64,000 nt of DNA, taken from an uncultured Acidobacteriota bacterium (lineage in GTDB: Bacteria; Acidobacteriota; Terriglobia; UBA7540). Position numbers and translations under genes: made by a program. The notes beneath the pieces were generated by a model. It was given only the letters and a program-made list of their open reading frames with translations, did not search any database and was not told where the DNA came from. The stretch covers positions 64,001 to 128,000 of the forward strand of contig CAWDSK010000004.1 of assembly GCA_963804995.1 (NCBI GenBank). Direction: 5' to 3'. Below, piece by piece: positions 18,381-27,739 of the stretch. The stretch's first letter is position 1. Each line of letters starts with the position of its first letter.

Positions 18381-19770
18381 CATATGCGCTAGAATAAGAA
18401 ATTGACTTATTCTGCTGCTGATGTATGCTTCTGGCATGAACAAGAATCTAATGGATACCGACTGGAAGTATCTATGCCAGTATTTGCCAGCCAATATGAG
18501 TGAGTTGGCTAAGCGCAGTGGAGCCGTGGCGCGATGGCGCAACCTTAAGAGCGGTGAGGAGTTATTGAGAGTTATTCTAGCATATGCCATCGAAGACCTC
18601 TCTTTGCGGAGCACGGCGGCTTGGTCCGCCCAGGCGGCTCTGGAGCTCAAGGACACCTCTATCCTGCATCGTTTGCGCAAGGCTCCTCCTCTGCTGGAGC
18701 GAGTCTTGGCGCATCTGCTGACGCAGCGACTGCGGGCCGAGCCTGCCCCGGGGCCAGCCTTTCGGATCCTCAACGCCACCGTGCTGAGCATCCCCGGCAG
18801 CCAAGGAACGGATTGGCGTTTGCATGCCGTCTATGATCCCGCCCAGTGTCGTCTCCGACGGGTGGAGATTACCGACCACCAGGGCGGCGAGCGCTTGGAT
18901 CGCGACCGCCCGCAGCCGGGGGACATTGTCTGCGGGGACCGGGGATTGGCGCGCGCCCAAGGTATTCATGCGGTGAGCGAAGCCGGAGCCTATGTTCTGC
19001 TGCGCATGCATTGGCAGAATATTCGGCTGCACGACGCCCAGGGACAGCCTCTGAATCTGAACCAGACCTTGAAAAGGGCGGACGCTGGAGATACGGGGAC
19101 CGTTGCATATGTCCCCCTTTCGGGTAAAGCCCCTGCTCCGGTGCGACTGCTGATTCGCCCTCTGCCCAGCGAAGCAGCCCACCGCAGCCGTCAGCGCTTG
19201 CGCCGCAATGCCGCCAAAAAAGGCCGCACCCCGCAGGCCACCGCCTTGCGTCTGGCCGGCTATTTCTGTGTGCTGACCACTTTGCCGGAAGCCCTCGCCA
19301 GTGACGACGTGGTCCTGGAACTCTACCGCATCCGCTGGCAGATTGAGCTGTTCTTTAAACGCTGCAAAGGCCTCTTGCATTTTGATCAGCTCCGCGCCTT
19401 CGACCCCGGCTTGGTGCGCACCTACTGTCTGGCCAAGTTGATTGAGGTGGCCCTGATTCAGTGTTTGCATGAGGAGGCCGTTTCTATTTCCCCCTGGGGA
19501 GTTCCCCGCTGCCGGAGCGTCGCGGCTTAGCCTGTGGCGATGGGTGCATCTGCACCATTTGGATTTGATCCTGGCCATTTACGGGACCTTCTCCTTGCGG
19601 GTTAAACAACATCGCTGGCCCCTGGCGCGTCAGGCTTTAACCGAGGCACCTCGAAAACGAATCTACGATCGAGAAAAATTCCGGCACCCGCTCTCGCTCC
19701 TTATGAACCGCCTCCTCCACGCGCAACAACTTCGCCTAGGAGCATCGAATGAGCTATTCTAGCGCCTATG
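18381..19770 (+). mobile_element. IS4-family insertion sequence, copy 1 (1390 bp)
   Basis: IRs CATATGCGCTAGAATA / CATAGGCGCTAGAATA; 11-bp TSD CCCCAGGGGGG (18370-18380, 19771-19781). Confidence 0.93.
18421..19530 (+). CDS. IS4-family DDE transposase with the first catalytic Asp changed to Asn
   Basis: ILNAT (ILDAT in copy 2), GDRG, LYRIRWQIELFFKRCK (YREK signature). Confidence 0.9.
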   Translation: MYASGMNKNLMDTDWKYLCQYLPANMSELAKRSGAVARWRNLKSGEELLRVILAYAIEDLSLRSTAAWSAQAALELKDTSILHRLRKAPPLLERVLAHLLTQRLRAEPAPGPAFRILNATVLSIPGSQGTDWRLHAVYDPAQCRLRRVEITDHQGGERLDRDRPQPGDIVCGDRGLARAQGIHAVSEAGAYVLLRMHWQNIRLHDAQGQPLNLNQTLKRADAGDTGTVAYVPLSGKAPAPVRLLIRPLPSEAAHRSRQRLRRNAAKKGRTPQATALRLAGYFCVLTTLPEALASDDVVLELYRIRWQIELFFKRCKGLLHFDQLRAFDPGLVRTYCLAKLIEVALIQCLHEEAVSISPWGVPRCRSVAA

Positions 19771-19894
19771 CCCCAGGGGGGGAGGGGGCGCCCGTAACCC
19801 ACGTTCTCACGAGCCGGGAAAAGTAAGGGGGTCCCCACCGGAACAATCTGCAAACTGGATTCCTCATTAAATTCTTGCGATTGAGAAGTGACCC

Positions 19895-20806
19895 ATGCCT
19901 CCTCTAAAGAGTGTGAACCGCCGCCATTTTCTCCAGGCCTCGGCTGTGGCAGCGGGATTGACGTTCGATACCCTTCCGCTCAAGGCTCAGATGGAGGCGG
20001 GTGGGGCCACAAAACCGAAGCCTGCCTCCGGTACTTTACCCACGGGCCACATCGGGAAACTCGAGGTCACGCGTCTGCTCTGCGGGGGTAACCTCTTCAG
20101 CGGATTTGCCCACAGCGGAGAGTTGGTCTACGTTCACAGCCTGCTGCAACATTACTTCACGGACGACAAAATCCTGGATACCTTGCAACTGTGCGAGGAG
20201 AGTGGAATCAACACCACCATTCTTCGCACCGACGAGCAGGTCGTCCGGGTTATCAACCGCTATCGCAGGGAGCGAGGTGGGAAACTCCAGTGGATCGCCC
20301 AGACCTATCCCATGCCTGACAATCTGAAAGAGAACATCCAAATTGCCATCGATAATGGCGCCGTGGGGGCGTTCTGCATGGGCGGCCATGCTGAGGAAGT
20401 CTTCGTGCAAGTGGGCAAGGGCGAAATGATCGGGGAGGTCGTCGCGTTTATCAAGCAGAACGGCCTGGTGGCAGGAGTCGGGGCCCACCTGTTGGAACTC
20501 CCCATCATGTCGGAACAGCAGAAATTCAACCCCGACTTCTATTTCAAGACGATCAACACTGTCGGGTACGCCACCGATGACACCCACGACACGACCGCCT
20601 TTATGAAGACCATCAAGAAGCCCTGGATTGGCTTTAAGGTGCTGGGCGCGGGTCGAGTTATGCCCAAGGATGGCTTCGACTTTGCATTCAAGAACGGGGC
20701 AGACTTCATTAATGTGGGGATGTACGATTTCCAAGTCGCGTCAAACGCCAACCTGGTCCGCGACGTGGTGAAGCGCCACGCGCAGCGCGACCGAGCCTGG
20801 GCGTAA
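19895..20806 (+). CDS. TAT-exported putative TIM-barrel/aldo-keto-reductase-like protein, paralog 2
   Basis: VNRRHFLQ; highly similar to 17306-18271 but lacks a ~20-aa insert. Confidence 0.75.
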   Translation: MPPLKSVNRRHFLQASAVAAGLTFDTLPLKAQMEAGGATKPKPASGTLPTGHIGKLEVTRLLCGGNLFSGFAHSGELVYVHSLLQHYFTDDKILDTLQLCEESGINTTILRTDEQVVRVINRYRRERGGKLQWIAQTYPMPDNLKENIQIAIDNGAVGAFCMGGHAEEVFVQVGKGEMIGEVVAFIKQNGLVAGVGAHLLELPIMSEQQKFNPDFYFKTINTVGYATDDTHDTTAFMKTIKKPWIGFKVLGAGRVMPKDGFDFAFKNGADFINVGMYDFQVASNANLVRDVVKRHAQRDRAWA

Positions 20807-21010
20807 AGCTAGGCGGTAAGCAGGTAGTAGAGGCGAATTTGCGAATCGGGCTTACCTGTTTGTTTAGGCCCGCCAGGGCCGACAGATTGTGGCCCACCTA
20901 GGCGGGCTCGAATCCGCCCCCCATCCGGCCCTTTCGCCACCTGGGATTTCGGTTGCGGTCTTACGTTATCAGGCTTAAGATGAGGGCAATTCCACTCTGT
21001 GAGGGCTCCT

Positions 21011-21445
21011 ATGAAGGTCGAAGATTTGATCCGCTCGCGCACCGAGGTTTATTCGGTATCGGAGGAGGTGACCGTCTACGATGTCGCCCGCTACCTCCGG
21101 GAGAAGCAGGTCCGGGCAGTCGGAGTCCTAAACCGTGACGGCAAGCTGGCGGGAGTTGTATCACAAAGCGATATTTCCGACAAAGTAGCGGCTGAAAACA
21201 AGTGCCCCGCCTGGACGCGGGTTTCCGAAGTGATGAGCAGAAACCTCATTACTGTCCCGCCGGGCACCCACCTCGATGAGTGTGTGCGCCTGATGGAGCA
21301 TAACGGGATTTACCATTTGCCGGTCGTTGACGAGAAGGAAGCCTACCGCGGGATGATTTCAGCGCAGGACTTGCTGCGGGTCATCGCCTCCGATGAGAAG
21401 GCCCGCGCCGACATGCTGGAATCGTTCCTCTTTTCAGGACGCTGA
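21011..21445 (+). CDS. CBS-domain pair protein
   Basis: VGVLNRDGKLAGVVSQSDI..VSEVMSRNLITV..HLPVVD..GMISAQDL. Confidence 0.9.
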   Translation: MKVEDLIRSRTEVYSVSEEVTVYDVARYLREKQVRAVGVLNRDGKLAGVVSQSDISDKVAAENKCPAWTRVSEVMSRNLITVPPGTHLDECVRLMEHNGIYHLPVVDEKEAYRGMISAQDLLRVIASDEKARADMLESFLFSGR

Positions 21446-21721
21446 AGGGCGAGGAAGATGGCGGCGCCCTGGACTTCCTCCACGTGGCCGATCCCAAAAA
21501 GAATTCAAAGGGCAAAGGTGAGGGGCTGACTCATTGTTTGCCGGCCGACCCCTCTGTCGCCGCGGCGACCGAGGGGAGAATTAATTCGAATTCATTGCCC
21601 TCGCCCCTTTGGGGGAGAGGGTGGACCGCTGCCGGCGCTTTCATCAGCCGGAGCGGGACGGGTGAGGGGGTCGCCCAGTGATAAATTCAATAGCGGGTTT
21701 CCCCTGTAACCCACCTACCGC

Positions 21722-23816
21722 TCATTTACCCTCCAACTCGTCAGCCATCGCCCCTGCGTCGTAGAGCTTGCGCAGCACCTCAATAATGGCCCCGCTGTGG
21801 ACGGCCACGGCCCGGTTCTTCTCATCGTTGTACACGTAATCGCCCACCAGGCTTTCGATGTTGCCGTCGAAAATCAATCCCACCAGCTCGCCCTGCTTAT
21901 TGATTACTGGTGAACCTGAATTCCCACCGATAATGTCGCACGTATTCACAAAGTTGATGGGAGTTGCGAGATCGAGTTTGGTTTGGCGCTCGATATAGCG
22001 CGTGGGCAAGTCATAGGGTGGCTTCATATCAAAACTGTAAGCTCGATCGTAGAGACCATAGAAAGTAGAGTGGATTGGCGCCTGGGTACCGTTCATGGGA
22101 TAGCCTTTGACGGCGCCAAAGGATAGCCGCAGCGTGAAGGTCGCATCCGGGTAAAGGGATTTGCCGTAAGCCGCGAAACGCGCTTCACCGATCTTCTCGC
22201 CGGCAGGGGTTTCCACGCTCTCGATCTGGTCCTCGTAGGCTTTGATCATCTGCCGCCGGAAGGGATCAACCTTGCGGGCGAGGACAATTAAGGGATCGGT
22301 AGAAGCTTGCACAGCCGATTCCCCCCCCTCGACGAGCCCTTTGCGAACGCTGGCATCCGCCAACTTGGTCTGGCTCATTACCTCGCCCGCCACCTCTGAC
22401 GGCGAACGCCCTCCCAGTGCGGCTTTGATGAACGGATCATCGGGCCCTAACTCATCCAACGCCAGGCCCAGGAATCCCGCCAGCATGGCGCGCTCAAACT
22501 GCGGATAGAACGGAGCCGGCGAGAAAAGCTGAAAGCGCAGCGACTCAACCTGGGAGTCATGATAGCCCTCCAGACGCTTGCCATCCGGCTTCTTGATTTC
22601 GGCGACGTATTGCACGATGTTCGAGCGCCATCAGGCTCAGGGAAGACCACCCCAGGGCGCGGAGCCGGAAAGGCTTCAGTATTTCCCGGTACTTTATTTC
22701 CGCCGCGGCAATGGAATCCCAGGCGCCACCGTAAGCCTTTTGCCAATCCGGCTTGCTCGCGATGAGCGCGCGGAACGCGTTCTCATCCTTCTGGACTTTG
22801 GCCATCAAGCTCGCATCGTGCAATCCCTGGTACATGCCCGTAACAGCTTTGTGCGAGTTCGCAACCATAAAGATTTGCCGCGTGGCTTGGCGGGTTTGTT
22901 CCGGACCTTGGGCGGCGTAGTCGTTCGCAGCCTTCAGCCGCCACTCGTACGCCTTAAGCGTCAAGGCGAGCGAGTAATTCCGTTGGGTTTCGATTTGCGC
23001 CACAGTATCCATACGGCTGGTCGAGCCCGGGTTACCGGAGACAAACACTACCTCGCCCGCGCCCGCTCCTCGCGCGTTCCATTTCAGATAATCCGTGCTC
23101 TCTACCGGAACTCCTTTCTCGTAAGCGCGGAACAGGGCAAAGTCGATGTCGTAGCGCGGATAGGTGAAATTGTCGGGGTCGCCTCCGAAGAAAGCGATTT
23201 GCTGTTCGGGCGCAAAGACCAGGCGAATGTCCGTGTACTTGTGGTACCGGTAGAGCCAGTATTCTCCACCCTGATAGAGCGTGATGACGTCGGAGCGCAG
23301 TCCGGTCTTCTCCGTGCTCTCCTTTTCAATCTTGGCGATTTCCGCCTTGCGGGCCTCCAAAGCTTTCTGCTCGCTCAGGCCCGCGGTCACGGCGCTCTGG
23401 ACGCGCTTGGTCACATCTTCTTCGTAGACCAAGACATTCAGTTCAAGGTCGGGGCACTTCAATTCCTCAGCCGGCGTCCGCGCATAGAATCCATCCTTCA
23501 CATAGTCGTGCGCCGCCGAGGAAACCTTCTGCAATTGCGTCAGCGCCACGTGGTGGTTGGTCAGCGCCAGTCCATGGGGACTGACAAACGAGCCGGAGCC
23601 GCCGTCGTTGAAGCGCACACTGGCCAGGCGGATGTGATCGAGCCACGCCTGGGTGGGGGTAAAACCATAGCGTTCCTGGAGCTGCTTAAGGGGAGGATTA
23701 TCAAAAGTCCACATCCCTTCGTCGGCCCGGGACTCGGCGCCTCTGAAAAACATCACGCCGGTAATGGCCAGGAGCAAAAAGACGCCGGCTTCCCCGAAAA
23801 GGCGGCGATGCTTCAT
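21722..23816 (-). CDS. S46 family dipeptidyl peptidase, split by one frameshift near 22620
   Basis: ADEGMW, GGSGSFVS, TNHH, FFGGDPDNFTYPR, YPDATFTLR, DIIGGNSGSPV, FDGN across ORFs 22557-23837 and 21722-22615. Confidence 0.9.
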
Positions 23817-24092
23817 AATCACCTCCCCCGTACACAACCTTGTAGGCTCTGAAAACCAAGATGGTGCCCCGGAAGCCTTGCCAAGTCAAGCTGGAGAGCA
23901 AAGTAGAGGTGGCGGAATGTATCCCAATTTTATCGGGACGGCGCCATATGGCGAGGTAAACTCGCCGCTACGACATCCATTACGCCCACTGCCATCCTTC
24001 CGCCCGTGTTTTGGGAACACTCTGGATTATGCTATATCTATCGCGGGTCGATGCTGAAGGCGTGCACGGTCATCTAAAGGAGGGCAAGCGCC

Positions 24093-24731
24093 ATGAGTCT
24101 TCCCGTAATTTCGGAATCAACAGGTTTCTCAAACCTGCCCATCCCGTCTCCGGCAGAATTCCCTGGTCAATCCCGCTTCCTTCGCTTTTGGTCTCTGGCC
24201 ACGATAGCCCTGGCTGGCATCGCGCTGCTCTTTCTTTCGCCGCGTGTATCCACTAGCCAGCAAACCAGCGGCAAGCTGGAGTTGAAGACGACAGCATTCC
24301 AGCCTGGCGGCGGGATCCCCAAACAGTTTACCTGTGACGGGGCGGATGCATCTCCTGCCCTCTCCTGGACCGATCCCCCGGCCGGTACCGAGAGCTTCGC
24401 GCTGATCGTGGACAACCCTGACGCGCCGGTAGGAACTTTCGTCCATTGGGTGGTGTATAACCTGCCATCCTCGACGCGCCAACTCCCGGATCGGGTCCCA
24501 GGCCATGGTGAGATTCGTGGCGGCGGATTGCAAGGCGTGAACGACTTCCCCAAAACCGGCTACGGCGGCCCTTGTCCCCCGCCCGGTAAACCGCACCGGT
24601 ATTTCTTTCGGCTTTATGCTTTGGATAGCAAGCTCAGCCTGAGGGCCGGGGCCCACCGAGCGGAAGTGGACGGGGCCATGAAAGGCCACGTCCTCGCCCA
24701 GGGGGAATTGATGGGCACTTACGGGAGGTAA
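24093..24731 (+). CDS. YbhB/YbcL (PEBP) family protein
   Basis: FTCDG..SPALSW..NPDAP..FVHWVVYN..GYGGPCPP..HRYFFRLYALD. Confidence 0.92.
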   Translation: MSLPVISESTGFSNLPIPSPAEFPGQSRFLRFWSLATIALAGIALLFLSPRVSTSQQTSGKLELKTTAFQPGGGIPKQFTCDGADASPALSWTDPPAGTESFALIVDNPDAPVGTFVHWVVYNLPSSTRQLPDRVPGHGEIRGGGLQGVNDFPKTGYGGPCPPPGKPHRYFFRLYALDSKLSLRAGAHRAEVDGAMKGHVLAQGELMGTYGR

Positions 24732-24928
24732 GGGGAAATGTTGGTTGCTCCCCTCTCCCGCGGGGAGAGGGTGTCGCGCTGCCGGCGTACTCACCAGCCG
24801 GAGCGCGACGGGTGAGGGGTTACTTCGCTCGCGCGGCCGGAACGTCATCCATGAAGTATCCAAATCCGTAATGCCTAGCGCCTTCCCGGGGAAGCGGGCT
24901 GGAATGCCCTGCCGAGCGGAGTCGCGTT

Positions 24929-25729
24929 TCACTTCGCTGCCGACAGCTTCTGGGATAGCAGCCAGGGGAGCAACTCAGGTTCGGCGTAGGCCTTATCCCA
25001 GGAATTGTGCCCCACGCCCGGGTACTCCGTATAGCGTACGTTCCCACCGGCAGCCTTCAGGGCTTCCACAAGCTGGCGGGATTGTGTGACGGGAACCGTG
25101 TCGTCGGCCCCGCCATGGAAGGCCCACACGGGAGTCTTGCCGATTTTCTGCGCGGCGGCCGTGTAAAGATCGGGGGAGTCTGCAACGTCAGGGGCGCCCG
25201 CGACGTGGTGACTAAGCCGGACCCCGCCGCAAATCGGCACCAGGGCCGCGAATCGGCCGGGGTATTTCGCGCCCAAATCCCAGGTTCCAAAACCGCCCAT
25301 CGAAAGTCCCGTAAGGTAGATTCTTTGCGGATCACCTTTGAATTCCTTCACGGATTGATCCAGCGCCTTGAGGGCCTGCTCTTCCATGGGAGGGTTGGTC
25401 CACCAATCACCTTTGCGACACTGAGGAAGCACGACCAGGAAGGGGAAACGGGCCACACCCATGCGGATGGCGTTGCCAATCCCCTCTGCCGTTTCAAGTA
25501 GTCCGTCGTCACCCGATTCCCCATAGCCGTGCAGGAAAAGAATGACCGGCCACTTCTGGTTCTTGTTCCAATTGCGCGGGACAAAGACCTGGTAGTTGTA
25601 ATTCACTCCGCCCACTGAGACCACCCGGTCTAAAAATCCCGTCTCGGGCCGACGCGCCCAGGCAGGCAAGGCAAACACCAACCCACCCAGTGCGAGCGCT
25701 ATAACCATCCGCCAATAGCGTGAAACCAT
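24929..25729 (-). CDS. Secreted alpha/beta hydrolase (peptidase/carboxylesterase-like)
   Basis: LFLHGYGE, YLTGLSMGGFG, FHGGADDTVP, GVGHNSW. Confidence 0.88.
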   Translation of the reverse strand: MVSRYWRMVIALALGGLVFALPAWARRPETGFLDRVVSVGGVNYNYQVFVPRNWNKNQKWPVILFLHGYGESGDDGLLETAEGIGNAIRMGVARFPFLVVLPQCRKGDWWTNPPMEEQALKALDQSVKEFKGDPQRIYLTGLSMGGFGTWDLGAKYPGRFAALVPICGGVRLSHHVAGAPDVADSPDLYTAAAQKIGKTPVWAFHGGADDTVPVTQSRQLVEALKAAGGNVRYTEYPGVGHNSWDKAYAEPELLPWLLSQKLSAAK

Positions 25730-25756
25730 TTCATCCCCTTCCGATGTCTCCGTCGC

Positions 25757-26749
25757 TTACTTCTTAAGCCGTTTCCGCGCCAGAACCACGGCGCCCAACG
25801 GCCCAGCGTTGTCGCCGAGCGTGCCGCAGACAATCTTCACCCGTTCGGCATCGTGACGCCGCAGGAAGTTCTCATACGCGGTCTTCCGGATCGGCGCCAC
25901 GTAAGACTCACCCAGACGCGCGGCAATCCCGCCACCGATCACCACGCACTCGGGGTCGAGCATGTTCACCACGCTCGCCACGTGCAATCCCAGGTAGTAT
26001 TGGGCGCGCTTGAGCACTTTGCGCATGACCGGATCATTCTTCTTGAGGGCGCGCTGCAGGATGCTGCTGGTCATACGCTCCTTATCGCGCTCCGCCATGA
26101 GTTTGAGCACGATGCTCTTTTGGCCGGCGCGGATGGCGGCGCGCACATCGCGCTCCATGGCCGTACGGCTGGCCAGCGCCTCAATGCAACCGTGGTTACC
26201 GCAGCCACAAAGAGGACCATCCACCTGCAGGATCATGTGGCCGACCTCCGCCGCCGCGCCGCGGGATCCCAGATAGAGCTCCCCGTTGAAGATGATCCCG
26301 CCGCCGATGCCCGTTCCCACAAAGATACCGACCAGGTCCTGCGTCCCCTGCCCTGCTCCCAGTGCATACTCACCTACCAACCCCACATTCACATCGTTCT
26401 CAACAAAGACGGGAACGTGCAACAGTTTGCCGAGCTTCTCACCCAGGGGGACGGCATCCCACTTCAAGTTGGGCGCGTGATATACCACGCCGTGCTCAGG
26501 ATCGACGGCTCCCGGGGCACCGATGCTGACGGCGCGCAGGTGCGATTTGCGCAGGCCCGCGGCGCTGACCACGTCCTCAACCATCGCCCCCAGCTCCCGA
26601 ATCAAGGCGTCCGGCTTCAGCTCGACGTTCGTAGGTGTTTTCTCAACCGCCAGAATCTCATTCTGGGGGCTTACTACGAGGGCGCGCAGGCTCGTTCCGC
26701 CCATATCAATTCCGACGATGACGTTCTTTTGGTGGAACCATCGGGTCAC
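25757..26749 (-). CDS. ROK family sugar kinase (glucokinase-like)
   Basis: GIDMGGT, ENDVN, VGTGIGGG, EVGH, CGCGNHGCIEA. Confidence 0.92.
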   Translation of the reverse strand: MTRWFHQKNVIVGIDMGGTSLRALVVSPQNEILAVEKTPTNVELKPDALIRELGAMVEDVVSAAGLRKSHLRAVSIGAPGAVDPEHGVVYHAPNLKWDAVPLGEKLGKLLHVPVFVENDVNVGLVGEYALGAGQGTQDLVGIFVGTGIGGGIIFNGELYLGSRGAAAEVGHMILQVDGPLCGCGNHGCIEALASRTAMERDVRAAIRAGQKSIVLKLMAERDKERMTSSILQRALKKNDPVMRKVLKRAQYYLGLHVASVVNMLDPECVVIGGGIAARLGESYVAPIRKTAYENFLRRHDAERVKIVCGTLGDNAGPLGAVVLARKRLKK

Positions 26750-26917
26750 CTCCCGAGTATTTAGGATTTGCGAGTCTACCGCAATCCGTCGGTTCAGGAA
26801 ATGGCTGTTTCAGATAGATTCACGGAGAGAGTTGTGGGGAGCCAAAATGCTAAGCAACCTGCCGGTCGGGGCGATAGCGAAGTGCCAACCCTCGCTCGCC
26901 TCAGATCCGTCAGCGTC

Positions 26918-27253
26918 TCAGGTTTGCGAACTCTGTTTTTCCTTGCAGTCTTTGCACTGCCGGGTCCAGGGCACCGCCTCTAAGCGCGCCCGGCTGATTT
27001 CCAGCCCACACGCTTCGCAGATGCCGAATCTCTCGTCCCGAACTCGAGTCAAGGCATCCTCGATGGCCCGCATGAGCTTGCTGTCTTTCTGCTGCAACAG
27101 GATTTGCATGGCAGCGTCGGTTTCCCGTGCCGCCATATCGACAGGGTCCGCGCGAAGTTCGCCGGCAGCGGGAAGTGCGCTCCTGCTTTGGGAGAGTTCG
27201 TGCTGCTTCGCGAGGAGAAGATTCTTGTAACGAAGGAGGTCATCCTTGTTCAT
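26918..27253 (-). CDS. TraR/DksA C4 zinc-finger protein
   Basis: DPVDMA..FGICEACG.EI..ARLEAVPW..CKDCKE. Confidence 0.9.
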   Translation of the reverse strand: MNKDDLLRYKNLLLAKQHELSQSRSALPAAGELRADPVDMAARETDAAMQILLQQKDSKLMRAIEDALTRVRDERFGICEACGLEISRARLEAVPWTRQCKDCKEKQSSQT

Positions 27254-27739
27254 GGCAATCGCCCTATACCCAGGGATCGCTGTGAATGCACAGCGCACTT
27301 CTTAAATTATACCGCAGGAGCGGGGTTGCGACAGCGAGATATCGCGAGGGGACACGAATTCACCAGCATGGCCTTAGGGACAAAATGGCTCTAGCATCAA
27401 AGCCGCGCGTATTTTTTGCCTGCCGCGCGTAAAATGTGCGAGGGCAGACGTTCGACCTTCCCTTCAAAGCCTGTAACGGACCCATATACAAGGCGTTAGT
27501 GATCATCAGAGTTGGCCTCTGACGTGCCCGTGCGAATGCCAGTATATTCACTCACTCGGTGGAGGAGCGAACTTGGCAAGCCTGGGGGTGGTGATACACT
27601 TTTTTGACTTCACTCCAAACTGAAGGGTAATTAAAGACATAATAACCGCAACAACCCTTCGATTTTTCTGGCCCTTGCGGGAACATATAGACACCAGAGT
27701 CAGAAAAACCTATCATCTAAGGTCTTGTCAAGGAACTGA

